NCBI GenBank assembly: GCA_937902105.1
Contig: CALGTP010000696.1
Coordinates: 1,209 to 65,208 of the forward strand
DNA: 64,000 bases
Reading direction: 5' to 3'
Source of the DNA: an uncultured Actinomycetes bacterium
GTDB lineage: Bacteria > Actinomycetota > Acidimicrobiia > Acidimicrobiales > Ilumatobacteraceae
The stretch's first letter is position 1. The number at the start of each line of letters is the position of its first letter. Shown here piece by piece: positions 18,329 to 28,211 of this stretch. The notes beneath the pieces were generated by a model. That model was not told where the DNA came from. It did not search any database and saw only the letters and a list, made by a program, of their open reading frames with translations. Position numbers and translations under genes: made by a program.

Positions 18329-19446
18329 GACCACACTCCAAAAACATTACCGAGGCGCTTGGCAAGCATCTCATACGAAAACTCGGTGATCGCCCTCTGA
18401 CGCGAGGCCATACCCATCTGCTGTCGGAGTTCGGGATCGTCCAAAAGGTCAGCGATATGTTGTGCCACAGTGTTCACATCAGTGGAATCATTGACCACAT
18501 AACCAGTTTCTTCATGCGCCACAGCATCGGCGGCTCCACCACTTAAACCAGCAATCTGGGCAATGCCACAGGCAGCAGCCTCAACAAAGACGATGCCGAA
18601 ACCTTCTTGTTCAAGTCCTCCCCAACGATTACGACACAACATTGTGTATACGTCCGCACAGCCGTACAAACGAGGTAGATCTTCATCAGCGACTCGACCT
18701 AAAAACTTCACTGGTGCATCTAGTTCACGTGCAAGTTTTTCCAGACGTTGGCGATCTCGACCCGAACCAGCAATGGCTAAGACAAGATGCGGACGCGATT
18801 TCTTGAGTCGCGCCACAGCACGAATTGCCGTATCAAATCCTTTGCGCGGTACCAAACGGCTAATGCCGAGCACAAGTTCAGTTTCGTCACTGAAACCAAA
18901 ATCTTGACGAGCTAATGATCGCTGTTCACCACTCAACGGGGTGAAGCGGTCAATGTCCACCCCTGGTGGAACGATGGTCATCGGCAATGCCCTACCAGCC
19001 GCACGCTCTGCTTCAGCAGCGGGGTATTGTCCCGCGGCCACAACATGGCGCGCTCCACGAAGGACATGAGCAAGAACTTGTTTTGACCCTGGTATACGAC
19101 CAGGCACTGTCACCTCGGCACCGTGTAACACCACGTCATAAGGCAAAGCCAAACGAGGTCCGATGATGCCGAGAGGAACAGCAGGGTCGAGCACCACCAA
19201 GTCCGCTCCAACGCGCTTCGCCATTTCATTGACACGCCTCACCATCCACGGGTGCGGCAACAAAACCGGTTCCCGAGTGCGCTCAATATGAAATGGTTGA
19301 GCTGCGTCAAATTCCTCTGAACCTTTATAGGGGCTAGTGAGAACAGCGAAAGAATCTGCGGGGAGTCGACGCCACCATTCCCAAAGCAAGGACTGAATCC
19401 CGCCAATTTTTGGGGGGAAGTCATTGGTCACCAGGAGATGCTTCAT
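18325..19446 (-). CDS. GT4-family glycosyltransferase (PimA/PimB-like mannosyltransferase type)
   Basis: 373 aa. The N-terminus is LLVTNDFPPKIGGIQS. The C-terminal GT1/GT4 motif is ...RLVPRKGFD...GSG.....L......V.FLG.V....LP..Y..ADV......EGFGIV.VEAAA.G.P.... EX7E-like residues are present. Confidence 0.8.
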   Translation of the reverse strand: MKHLLVTNDFPPKIGGIQSLLWEWWRRLPADSFAVLTSPYKGSEEFDAAQPFHIERTREPVLLPHPWMVRRVNEMAKRVGADLVVLDPAVPLGIIGPRLALPYDVVLHGAEVTVPGRIPGSKQVLAHVLRGARHVVAAGQYPAAEAERAAGRALPMTIVPPGVDIDRFTPLSGEQRSLARQDFGFSDETELVLGISRLVPRKGFDTAIRAVARLKKSRPHLVLAIAGSGRDRQRLEKLARELDAPVKFLGRVADEDLPRLYGCADVYTMLCRNRWGGLEQEGFGIVFVEAAACGIAQIAGLSGGAADAVAHEETGYVVNDSTDVNTVAQHIADLLDDPELRQQMGMASRQRAITEFSYEMLAKRLGNVFGVWS

Positions 19447-20624
19447 AGCGCTACCGTTCGGACAGGTACCGATGACTGATTATTCAATTCGTCCTGCACA
19501 AGACTGTCTGCATCACGCTCGACCAGACTCACTAGGTCTTGGCGTCCCAGGCGAATCGCCGCCCATAGGGCATGAGCACGAAGTAGAGGGTCGATGTCTC
19601 CAAGATACTTGCGTAGCATCCGCTCGACTGAATCGCTGGGATCATTGGTCATCGTCAGAGGCGCGATATTGCCCAAAATAATCAGGGCGTTGCGCCTCAA
19701 CCATTTCGGATTTCGCTCAGCCAAGTACCAACTACCGAATCGCTCAAGCAATTCTTGATCAGTGGAATCCAAGATCCCCAAAACATCGACAAAAGCCCCT
19801 GGACCGATCGCTGGTGGCGTTGATGCGGTGTGTCGGCGACCGAGTCGCACAGTGGGAGGACAACTGGTTTGACAGTCATCGCAACCATAGAGACGATCGT
19901 GCAGAGCAACTCGGAACTGGCGTGGGAATACTCCCGGCTTTTGCACCAACCAAGCCAAACAGCGACGTGCATCAATGACCCCTTCAGCCACGATGGCCTG
20001 CGTTGGACAATCATCAAAACAGGATCGACACGTACCACAACCGTCAGGAGCAGGTTGCTTGGCTGGGCTCAAAACTGCATTAGTCACTATTGACCCGAGA
20101 CTGAAAAAACTTCCTGCGCCCGGCAAGAGCAAATTGGCATTCTTACCAAACCAACCCAAACCGGCACGATGAGCAACCTCGCGATCAACAATCGCATTTT
20201 CATCAGCAAACACGACAGCGCGAAATCCGTCAGCGCGCAAACGCACAGCCACCTGCTGCAGTGACTGCCGTAGCGGCGTGTAGTGGTCGGCCTGAGCGTA
20301 ACGAGCCACGCGTCCCACAAGTCCGCCTGGATGATCGGGTTGTTCGCTGTAATAACTCCGCGCTCCAACGATGATTGAACGAGCTCCGCTGACAGAGCGG
20401 TCGGGATCAGTAGATCGACTTGGATTACGAAAAGTGAAACCCATAGTGTCACTCAGACCGCGTTCATTGCGATCGTCAATTGCTGAACGAGCACGGTCTA
20501 AAACCGTGGCATCACAAACACCAACGCGATCCAGACCCGCCGATGCGGCCAACTGAAACAATGACTCAAGGTACGCTGGGTCCGTTGAGTCAACAAGGAT
20601 CTGATTTCGTTTAACCCGACTCAC
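19443..20624 (-). CDS. queG: Epoxyqueuosine reductase (tRNA queuosine biosynthesis)
   Basis: The motifs ...RYAQADHY..., ...GLGWFGKNANLL.PG.GSFF.LG...T, CGTCRSCFDDCPTQAI and YGCDDCQTSCP form the double 4Fe-4S motif. A C-terminal HEAT-like repeat (...RRNALIILGN...) follows. Confidence 0.85.
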   Translation of the reverse strand: MSRVKRNQILVDSTDPAYLESLFQLAASAGLDRVGVCDATVLDRARSAIDDRNERGLSDTMGFTFRNPSRSTDPDRSVSGARSIIVGARSYYSEQPDHPGGLVGRVARYAQADHYTPLRQSLQQVAVRLRADGFRAVVFADENAIVDREVAHRAGLGWFGKNANLLLPGAGSFFSLGSIVTNAVLSPAKQPAPDGCGTCRSCFDDCPTQAIVAEGVIDARRCLAWLVQKPGVFPRQFRVALHDRLYGCDDCQTSCPPTVRLGRRHTASTPPAIGPGAFVDVLGILDSTDQELLERFGSWYLAERNPKWLRRNALIILGNIAPLTMTNDPSDSVERMLRKYLGDIDPLLRAHALWAAIRLGRQDLVSLVERDADSLVQDELNNQSSVPVRTVAL

Positions 20625-20871
20625 AATGACGAAGCGTAGGCACTAAACCTGCCTCTGCGAGGGCACGCATCGCTCTAATCTCTGCGATATCGAACACAAT
20701 GGCCCCAGTTTGCCTATCCGAGCCACTATCTGGCTCCTCGTCACGGCATAAAAAGGTCACCACACAGTCGCTGCAGACAGTGGTCTGATGCATCACACAG
20801 GTTCCGCAGTCAATCAGTGTGGACTCCATGGGAATGGGTATTTTTCGTGAATGGGGATTCAGATTGGTCAT
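20611..20871 (-). CDS. Small Cys-rich hypothetical protein
   Basis: 86 aa, or 72 aa from the internal ATG at 20829. The cysteine pattern is CGTC-x8-CSDC-x5-C. It overlaps the queG start by 14 nt, an operon position. No function recognised. Confidence 0.45.
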   Translation of the reverse strand: MTNLNPHSRKIPIPMESTLIDCGTCVMHQTTVCSDCVVTFLCRDEEPDSGSDRQTGAIVFDIAEIRAMRALAEAGLVPTLRHCESG

Positions 20872-20919
20872 ACTTGGACTGTGCCAAGGGGGTATGGCAG
20901 AGACAGCGAGGGGGGGGTC

Positions 20920-22353
20920 TTACCAGCGGTCAGCGATGACCTCAGCAGCCATCATCACGGGGAAATGCGTATTAGCACGGGGCACTTGGGGGAAAATCGA
21001 CGCATCACACACCCGTAAGCCAGTGACCCCGATGACTCGACCAAAGCAATCCACCACAGAATTCTCCGAGCCAGGATCTCCCATGGCACAGGTTCCTGAG
21101 GCATGGACATAATCACCTGTGTACGCCCGTAACCATTCACCGAGCGCATCGGGCGATTGATCAAGGGCTTCGACTGGCGTACCGAGATCATCAATGAACA
21201 CCCCGTTGGACATATCTTTGAGAGGGGAAGATTGAACAAGTTGACGCGCCACATTGACACCAACTTTCAAGGCTTCAACATCGCGTTCATCTGACAACAT
21301 TTGGAAATCAACGATCGGATCAACTGTTGGGTCCTGCGATGCCAACGTCACCTGACCGCGAGATCTCGGGTGCATTAAAGCCACAACCAACTGACCAAAT
21401 CCATTGGCCCCCTCACCGAAATGGTCAAGCGCGAGAATCTGTAGATCCGCAGGTTCAAAACCAGAACTCAATCGGGCCAGAGTGGTAGCCGCCACCGAAT
21501 CTGTAGGGCATGATTCGCGTAGCGCCAAAGTCAACGGCGCCGAAGCATGATCTTGCAGTCCCTGGCCGATAGCAGGGCGCTCAATCTTGCTGCGCAACAA
21601 GATGGCAGGACTGTGAATAGCCCCCGCACAAATCACTGTCTCTTTCGACTCAATCAAAGTCCCGTCAGCCAAGATGACGCCAATCGCATGGGTGCCTTGC
21701 ATCGCCACACGATCAACCAAGGTGTCACAGAGAATACGTACATGACTGCGTTCACGGGCCCGTTCCAAATAAATATCTGAGGCTGTCACTCGACGTCCGT
21801 CTGTTGAACGAGTCAACATCACCGGACCCACATCACGACCAACGCCACCCAATGGAAATGGGCCGCGATGCCACGTCCACCCTTCAAGGCGACACGCTTC
21901 AAACAGCGCCGCTCCCACTCGCGTGGGGCTTCCTGGATCCACCTTCGTCAAAGGAATGTCAATGCGCCGAAAATACGGTTCAACATCGCGCCACGACCAT
22001 CCCTGACAGCCAAAATCACTTTCCCATGTGTCATAGTCTTCAACTTCGCCCCATAAGCCAATCATTGCGTTGACCGCCGATGAGCCTCCGATACCTCGCC
22101 CTCGTGCGTACGGGCGTCGTGCTTGGCCTGCAACACGTTGTGCCTCAACTTGCGACCAAACCCGACCTGGCTCACTCATTGCAGCAAAAAATGATGGACC
22201 AGAAATGCCACTCGGTGCGGCCCCGAACCGTAGATCAGGTCCCGCCTCAATCACAAGAACTGAGCGGCCAGACTGCGAGAGCCGATCAGCCAACACACAT
22301 CCAGCAGAACCTGCACCAACCACGATGACATCGGGACGCTGCAAGATGTTCAT
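20920..22353 (-). CDS. GMC-family FAD oxidoreductase (choline dehydrogenase-like)
   Basis: DVIVVGAGSAGCVLADRLS is the Rossmann motif. ...GRGIGGSSAVNAM and the C-terminal ...H..GTCAMG...VVD...RV.G...LRVCDASIFP are GMC signatures 1 and 2. Confidence 0.85.
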   Translation of the reverse strand: MNILQRPDVIVVGAGSAGCVLADRLSQSGRSVLVIEAGPDLRFGAAPSGISGPSFFAAMSEPGRVWSQVEAQRVAGQARRPYARGRGIGGSSAVNAMIGLWGEVEDYDTWESDFGCQGWSWRDVEPYFRRIDIPLTKVDPGSPTRVGAALFEACRLEGWTWHRGPFPLGGVGRDVGPVMLTRSTDGRRVTASDIYLERARERSHVRILCDTLVDRVAMQGTHAIGVILADGTLIESKETVICAGAIHSPAILLRSKIERPAIGQGLQDHASAPLTLALRESCPTDSVAATTLARLSSGFEPADLQILALDHFGEGANGFGQLVVALMHPRSRGQVTLASQDPTVDPIVDFQMLSDERDVEALKVGVNVARQLVQSSPLKDMSNGVFIDDLGTPVEALDQSPDALGEWLRAYTGDYVHASGTCAMGDPGSENSVVDCFGRVIGVTGLRVCDASIFPQVPRANTHFPVMMAAEVIADRW

Positions 22354-22356
22354 GGT

Positions 22357-23025
22357 TTACTGTGATTCGTCCGAACTCAAGCCATGATTCGTGGACACTG
22401 GCAAGCCGACCAGATGGGCTGAATCGTTGTAACGAATCACCCGCCAACGCCCCGGCTTCACCAACAACAATTCTGTGATTGAGGTATTGACCGTATAAAT
22501 CTCGAATACTCCAGTACCTGCAGCGCGCATTGACTGACGCAACGCCATGTCAACAACCCCGCCATGGCAAAAGATCACTGCGCTACCGTCGCCTAAGCGA
22601 TCCACTAGCGAGCGAACAGCAGTGCCAATACGAAATTGAAATTCGGCAATCGTTTCCCCACCTGGAAATGTCATTCCAAATGGATCGTTCTCCCAATCGG
22701 GATCTCCGAATCGAGCCGTAAAGTCCGTGTACAAAAGTCCATCACATTGTGGACCTGGATCATGTTCACCAAATTCGCTGATGACTTCAATAGGTGCAGC
22801 ACCGAAAGCTGGAGCGACGATGGCCGCTGTCTCTCTTGCACGCGGATAGGCACTGGAAATCACTAGGTCGGGAGAAAAATTCTCTGCACTACTCCATCGC
22901 TCAAATAAGCGTTGAGATTGTTGACGACCGAGGTCTGAAAGTCCGATACATGAACGGGGTCCACCGACCACACGATTTACTGACACTTGCGATTCACCGT
23001 GGCGGACAAAAATTAAGCGCGCCAT
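22357..23025 (-). CDS. Histidine phosphatase family protein (phosphoglycerate mutase-like)
   Basis: The N-terminal LIFVRHGES motif (RHG catalytic signature) and a later ...CHGGV... histidine. Confidence 0.8.
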   Translation of the reverse strand: MARLIFVRHGESQVSVNRVVGGPRSCIGLSDLGRQQSQRLFERWSSAENFSPDLVISSAYPRARETAAIVAPAFGAAPIEVISEFGEHDPGPQCDGLLYTDFTARFGDPDWENDPFGMTFPGGETIAEFQFRIGTAVRSLVDRLGDGSAVIFCHGGVVDMALRQSMRAAGTGVFEIYTVNTSITELLLVKPGRWRVIRYNDSAHLVGLPVSTNHGLSSDESQ

Positions 23026-23031
23026 GATCTC

Positions 23032-24468
23032 TTAGGCTAATTTCTCGACGAACGCTTCAAGTTGTCGCAGATTGCGACATTCGTAGGCTCCATCGGTATG
23101 ACCTGCGTACTCTCCCACGATGGAGTCTCCAGTGTTCCAATATGACTTGGGTTCCGGATTCAACCAATACACCTGACGCGCCTTCTTGCGCACTTCCTGA
23201 ACTACCCAGGCTTGTGAGGCGTGATAGTTATTACGTGCATCACCCAAGAAAAGCACCGTTGTTTTAGGCCCGATACTTTTCCCGTAACGATCCCAGAAAA
23301 CCTCAAAGGCATGACCGTAATCGCTATGACCGTCAACCCACACCACGTCGGCTTCGGTATTGACACGATGAATTGCTTCGCCGATATCTTCGGTGCCCTT
23401 GAAATACTCAGTGACTTCATCAATCCCATCGATGAACACGAAGGAACGAACTTTAGAAAACTGGTTCTGCATGGCGTACACCAACATCAAAGTGAAACGA
23501 GCAAAAGCAGCGACACTGCCAGAAATGTCAGCCACAACCATCAGTTCTGGCTTTGATGGCCGTGGTTGTTTAAACTTCGGCTCGGCAGGAATACCACCGT
23601 AAGACAGCGAGTGGCGCACAGTATTGCGAAAATCTAAGGGTCCCTTGCGACCATGACGACGCTTACGCGCCAAACGCGCAGCTAATTTACGCGTCAGCGG
23701 GTACAAGGACTTTTTCAGCAACTGCATTTCGTCGCGACTGGCATGCATGAACTCAACATCTTCTGGCAATGGCTTACGCAATGTTTTCGCCATTGCTTCG
23801 GCACCCCTGTCAGCCACAAGACGGCGGCGAATCTCGGCTTCGATCTCTTTTTTGAAGGAATCGATTCGACTTTCGTATTCATCTTTTTCGAGGCGTTCCT
23901 CAAGAGCTGTCAGATCACTGCCAGTTTCTTGTTTGCTGGCCTCCATGAGTTTTTGCAGCATGTTGTCCAGATCAAGATTTCTCAGCGTGCGGTACAAGTA
24001 ATACGTACCTCCGACTGGACGACCTGGCTCCATCCCAGCAAAGCGTTGCACGGATTGTTTGGCTAAGGCACGCATCATGGCCTGGTCGCCATTCATCAAG
24101 GCTTTCATCAGCATCTGCGCTATTTCCTCGGGGGTCAGGCTATCCATCCCGCCCGATGACCCTTTGCCTTCGCCTTGTTGCATTTGCTCTTGCATCTCGC
24201 GCCACATCTGCTCGAGTTCGTCCTCTGTCCCCTCAACGATCTTGTACTCCGGTCCGCGCAACGAGAAGTACACCTCGAATACAGTCTCAAATGAACGCCA
24301 ATGAGCGCTGTTCTTGACCATCGTGGCACCTAACGCATACTTGAATGCGTCACGATCTTCAAGAGGAATGTGTCGCACCGCCTCCATGGCGTCAAGGTTC
24401 TCCGTTAACGAGACCGGAAGCCCTGCATTGCGGAGTTCCTGAACAAAACCAGAGAGTAAGTCGAGCAC
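23032..24468 (-). CDS. VWA domain-containing protein (CoxE-like, MoxR-associated)
   Basis: 478 aa. The N-terminus is MLDLLSGFVQELRNAGLPVS. The C-terminal VWA has the MIDAS-like motif VVADISGSV. It sits directly downstream of a MoxR-type AAA+ ATPase. Confidence 0.8.
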   Translation of the reverse strand: MLDLLSGFVQELRNAGLPVSLTENLDAMEAVRHIPLEDRDAFKYALGATMVKNSAHWRSFETVFEVYFSLRGPEYKIVEGTEDELEQMWREMQEQMQQGEGKGSSGGMDSLTPEEIAQMLMKALMNGDQAMMRALAKQSVQRFAGMEPGRPVGGTYYLYRTLRNLDLDNMLQKLMEASKQETGSDLTALEERLEKDEYESRIDSFKKEIEAEIRRRLVADRGAEAMAKTLRKPLPEDVEFMHASRDEMQLLKKSLYPLTRKLAARLARKRRHGRKGPLDFRNTVRHSLSYGGIPAEPKFKQPRPSKPELMVVADISGSVAAFARFTLMLVYAMQNQFSKVRSFVFIDGIDEVTEYFKGTEDIGEAIHRVNTEADVVWVDGHSDYGHAFEVFWDRYGKSIGPKTTVLFLGDARNNYHASQAWVVQEVRKKARQVYWLNPEPKSYWNTGDSIVGEYAGHTDGAYECRNLRQLEAFVEKLA

Positions 24469-24491
24469 GTTATGGATTCCAGTTTTCCTGG

Positions 24492-25361
24492 TTAAACCAG
24501 GTCGACGGAAAGTTCCTTGGAAGCCTTGGCGATATCAGACTGATACTTCAACAGAACATGCAAAGTTTCTTTAGCTGTCTGAGCATCAATTGAGTCGATA
24601 TTTAGCAGCATCATGGTTCGCGCCCAGTCCAAAGTTTCGCTCACGCTCGGTGACTTTTTGAGATCCAGCATGCGGATACTGCGAACGATACGAGCAACCT
24701 GATCAGCTAAATGCTCGGTAATATCGGGCACTTTAGCCAACACGATTTCCTTCTCGCGCTCAAGTGATGGGTAGTCAACATGCAAGTACAGGCATCGGCG
24801 CTTGAGAGCTTCTGATAGTTCGCGAGTGTTATTCGATGTCAAAAAAACCATCGGAATCTGAGTGGCGGTGATTGTTCCCAGTTCGGGAATCGAGACTTGG
24901 TACTCCGAGAGAATCTCTAACAACAGCGCTTCGGTTTCAACCTCCACGCGGTCGACTTCGTCAATCAGTAAGACCACTGGGTCTGGAGCACTAATGGCCT
25001 CTAATAGGGGTCGGGTCAACAAGAACTCTTTGCTGAAAATATCGTCATGGACTTCATTCCACGAATCACTGTTGCGGTCGGCTTGAATGCGCAACAATTG
25101 CTTCTTGTAGTTCCATTCATATAAGGCCTTTGACTCATCAAGACCCTCGTAACACTGCAGACGAATGAGTCGAGCCCCCAACATGTCCGCCACGCTCTTG
25201 GCAAGTTGGGTCTTACCCGTACCAGCAGGACCTTCAACTAAAATCGGCTTGGCCAGACGGTCAGCCAAAAATGCGACTCCGGCGATGCCATCATCCGCCA
25301 AATAATTGACGTTACGCAAGCCATCACGCACTTGTTGAACTGACGAAAAACGGTGTTCCAT
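24492..25361 (-). CDS. MoxR-like AAA+ ATPase
   Basis: 289 aa. Walker A is LVEGPAGTGKT and Walker B is VLLIDEVDR. The overall AAA_5/MoxR size fits, and it is paired with the VWA gene. Confidence 0.9.
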   Translation of the reverse strand: MEHRFSSVQQVRDGLRNVNYLADDGIAGVAFLADRLAKPILVEGPAGTGKTQLAKSVADMLGARLIRLQCYEGLDESKALYEWNYKKQLLRIQADRNSDSWNEVHDDIFSKEFLLTRPLLEAISAPDPVVLLIDEVDRVEVETEALLLEILSEYQVSIPELGTITATQIPMVFLTSNNTRELSEALKRRCLYLHVDYPSLEREKEIVLAKVPDITEHLADQVARIVRSIRMLDLKKSPSVSETLDWARTMMLLNIDSIDAQTAKETLHVLLKYQSDIAKASKELSVDLV

Positions 25362-25453
25362 GCCTTTTATCTTACAAGTTCACCACCATTCACAAGAATT
25401 GAGACCCCTCAATAGAGCCAGCAGAGTGGACTGAGGACCTACTGTGTACATCA

Positions 25454-27139
25454 ATGAGTTCTGCCAATGCCGATCCGCAGCCCGCGCCCGAACCATTAGC
25501 GGACGCCGCAGGCTCACAGTTGTTGCGCAGCAACGCAATTGTGGCGCTTGGCACAGGACTCTCGCGTCTGACCGGAATGCTGCGCGTCATCGTCTTTGGT
25601 GTTGTCATTGGGCAAACCGCTTTAGCCGATGTCTACGACGGCGCCAACAACTCCCCTAACGCTATTTATGAATTGTTACTCGGCGGGGTTTTATCAGCCA
25701 CCTTGGTTCCCATGTTTAGCCGCATGCTTGAAAATGATGACCGCGAATCTGCTGAGGCCGTTGTCGGCACCTCAGTTATTCTCTTGGCCTTTATCACCGC
25801 AATTTCTGTTCTTTGTGCTCCTTTGATTTTTCGGCTCTTTTCCTTGAACCCCGCCGACGGAATTGACGTCAACCAATTCCGTACAGTTGGCACGGCGCTC
25901 ACCCGAATCTTTTTGTTGCAGATTTTTTTCTACGGTCTTTCAGCAGTCTTGGGATCTTTACTCAATGCACAACGACGCTTCTTTGCAGCTGCCTGGTCAC
26001 CTGTGCTGGCAAATATTGTGATCATTTGTACATTGCTGTATGTCCCGATTTTGTTACATAACCCTGGCCAAGAAATAGCACTATCAGAGGTCTTGCTGAG
26101 ACCATCCTTCAAGTGGCTACTCGGCATCGGGGCAACTGGCGGTATCGCTCTCCAGGCTCTCATCTTGCTGCCTGCGATCCGTCGCTCAGGGCTAGATCTT
26201 CGCTTTCGCTTTCAACCCCGACATCCTGCGGTGAAGCGTCTTGTTTCGTTATCAGCGTGGACCTTCGGTTATGTATTGGCAAATCAAGTCACGATCATCG
26301 TTGTTAAAAATCTTGCCAGACCCGGCAGCGGTGGACAGGATGCGTTCACTAAGGCGACCACCTTTTTCTATTTCCCTCATGGCCTTTTGGCAATGAGTAT
26401 CGCCACTACATTCATCCCAGAAATGGCACGCGCCGTCGCCCGTCGCGACCAACGGGCCTTTGTTGAGCGCACAACACTCGGCCTGCGCCTCGTTGGACTC
26501 ATGACCTTGCCTGCAGCGTTCGGATTCTTGGTGATGTCACGACCCATCATCGGGGCTCTTTTGCAACACGGAAAATTTACCGCAGCAAACGCCGATCTCA
26601 CGGCGCGTGCCCTCACTGGATTATCGCTCGGCCTCGTCGGTTACTCGATTTATCTCTTTGCCTTGCGCGGCTTCTACGCTCACCAGGATACGCGCACGCC
26701 ATTTCTCATCAATGTCGTACAAAATATCATCAACATCATTCTGGCTTTTGCCCTTGTCTCAAAGTACGACGTACTCGGTCTCGGTATTGCCTTCGCTGTT
26801 TCGTACCTAGTCGGATCCGTCATTGCTCTATTGACCCTGCAGATCAAGGTCAGAACTTTCCCCGCCGTTACTCTGCTCATGGATTTAATGCGGATGTTCT
26901 TGGCTGCAATAGTGATGGGGATTGTGCTGTGGTTCATCATCAAACCGGTGGGTGCAGATAGCGGTTTCGGAGCAGCCCTGCGCATTGCTTTTGGAACAGT
27001 CAGCGGAGCAGTTATTTATTTCGCTGCGCTGACCTTACTCAAAGTTCCTGAGGCGAGTTATTGGCGCACACTGACCGGCGGCTTGTTTCCACCGCGCTCT
27101 GTGCCACAGAATGATGATCTAACCCGGCAGGATGACTAA
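25454..27139 (+). CDS. murJ: Lipid II flippase MurJ (MviN)
   Basis: 561 aa and polytopic (about 14 TM). The N-terminus ...LLRSNAIVALGTGLSRLTGMLRVIVFG...ALADVYDGANNSPN.IYELLLGGVLSA..VP is the MurJ signature. Confidence 0.85.
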   Translation: MSSANADPQPAPEPLADAAGSQLLRSNAIVALGTGLSRLTGMLRVIVFGVVIGQTALADVYDGANNSPNAIYELLLGGVLSATLVPMFSRMLENDDRESAEAVVGTSVILLAFITAISVLCAPLIFRLFSLNPADGIDVNQFRTVGTALTRIFLLQIFFYGLSAVLGSLLNAQRRFFAAAWSPVLANIVIICTLLYVPILLHNPGQEIALSEVLLRPSFKWLLGIGATGGIALQALILLPAIRRSGLDLRFRFQPRHPAVKRLVSLSAWTFGYVLANQVTIIVVKNLARPGSGGQDAFTKATTFFYFPHGLLAMSIATTFIPEMARAVARRDQRAFVERTTLGLRLVGLMTLPAAFGFLVMSRPIIGALLQHGKFTAANADLTARALTGLSLGLVGYSIYLFALRGFYAHQDTRTPFLINVVQNIINIILAFALVSKYDVLGLGIAFAVSYLVGSVIALLTLQIKVRTFPAVTLLMDLMRMFLAAIVMGIVLWFIIKPVGADSGFGAALRIAFGTVSGAVIYFAALTLLKVPEASYWRTLTGGLFPPRSVPQNDDLTRQDD

Positions 27140-28210
27140 TCCGTCGCGGTGAATCACCAATTGCGGAAAATGCTCATCTAGATCTGCTGTTCGTCGTCCA
27201 GCTGAAACTTGTACTTGTTGCAAAGACATCAGGGAACTACCGCGGGCAATGATTCCTCCATCGGGATCAATCACTTCCACTGTGTCTCCCACTTCAAAAT
27301 CACCTGTAGCGCTGACAACACCGGCGGGCAACAAAGATACTGCTTGGCGACGTAAGGCAAGAGCGGCACCCGCATCAACAACTACTCGCCCGCGTACCTC
27401 ACTAGCGAAAGCGACCCACAGTTGACGCGAGGACAAATGACGATCAGAGCCGTGGAAGGTTGTACCGATCATTGAAGACCCAGCCACGATCTTATTCAGA
27501 ACAGAGTCGATCTGGGCTTGGGCGATGACCGCGCGCACACCAGACCAAGAAGCGATACGGGCTGCCGACAATTTTGAGGCCATACCGCCACTACCACGAT
27601 TCGAACTCGAAGATCCCGCATCGACACTCATCAAAGGGTCACCCTCGAAGACATCAGTGATCAGTGCGGCTCGTGCATCAGAACGGGGGTCTGCGGTGTA
27701 CAGACCGTCAGTATCAGTCAACAAAATCAAGATATCTGCTTTGAGTAAATGAGAAAGCAAAGCTGCAATGTGGTCGTTGTCGCCGAAACGAATCTCATCG
27801 TTAGCAATTGCGTCATTTTCATTGACGACTGGAATACATCCCAACTCAAGCAAACGCTCAAGGGTGTCCCGCGCGTGGAGATATTGAGATCGGTCAACGA
27901 AATCATGGGGCACCAACAACACTTGGGCTGCAACTAAAGAGTGGCTGGCGAACTCGGCGTTGTAGACCTCCATCAAACGACTTTGTCCAGCTGCTGCTAA
28001 GGCTTGCAGGGTTCGCATATCGGTCGGACGTTGCGTCAGCCCCAGTGCTGATACGCCTGCCGAGACGGCCCCTGAAGTCACGAGTACGACTTCGTGACCG
28101 TCACGACGCAACTGTGCAATTTGCCGACAGATGCTCGCAATCATGACGCGATCGATCACACCGACATTGTCGGTGAGCGAGGATGTCCCAATCTTGGCTA
28201 CGACGCGCAT
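27119..28210 (-). CDS. proB: Glutamate 5-kinase
   Basis: From the ATG at 28210 the protein begins MRVVAKIGTSSLTD..., the canonical ProB N-terminus. This ATG lies 1 nt after the obg stop. It carries ...GDND.IAAL... and a C-terminal PUA domain. The listed ORF extends to 28303 but overlaps obg. Confidence 0.9.
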   Translation of the reverse strand: MRVVAKIGTSSLTDNVGVIDRVMIASICRQIAQLRRDGHEVVLVTSGAVSAGVSALGLTQRPTDMRTLQALAAAGQSRLMEVYNAEFASHSLVAAQVLLVPHDFVDRSQYLHARDTLERLLELGCIPVVNENDAIANDEIRFGDNDHIAALLSHLLKADILILLTDTDGLYTADPRSDARAALITDVFEGDPLMSVDAGSSSSNRGSGGMASKLSAARIASWSGVRAVIAQAQIDSVLNKIVAGSSMIGTTFHGSDRHLSSRQLWVAFASEVRGRVVVDAGAALALRRQAVSLLPAGVVSATGDFEVGDTVEVIDPDGGIIARGSSLMSLQQVQVSAGRRTADLDEHFPQLVIHRDGLVILPG

Positions 28211-28211
28211 C

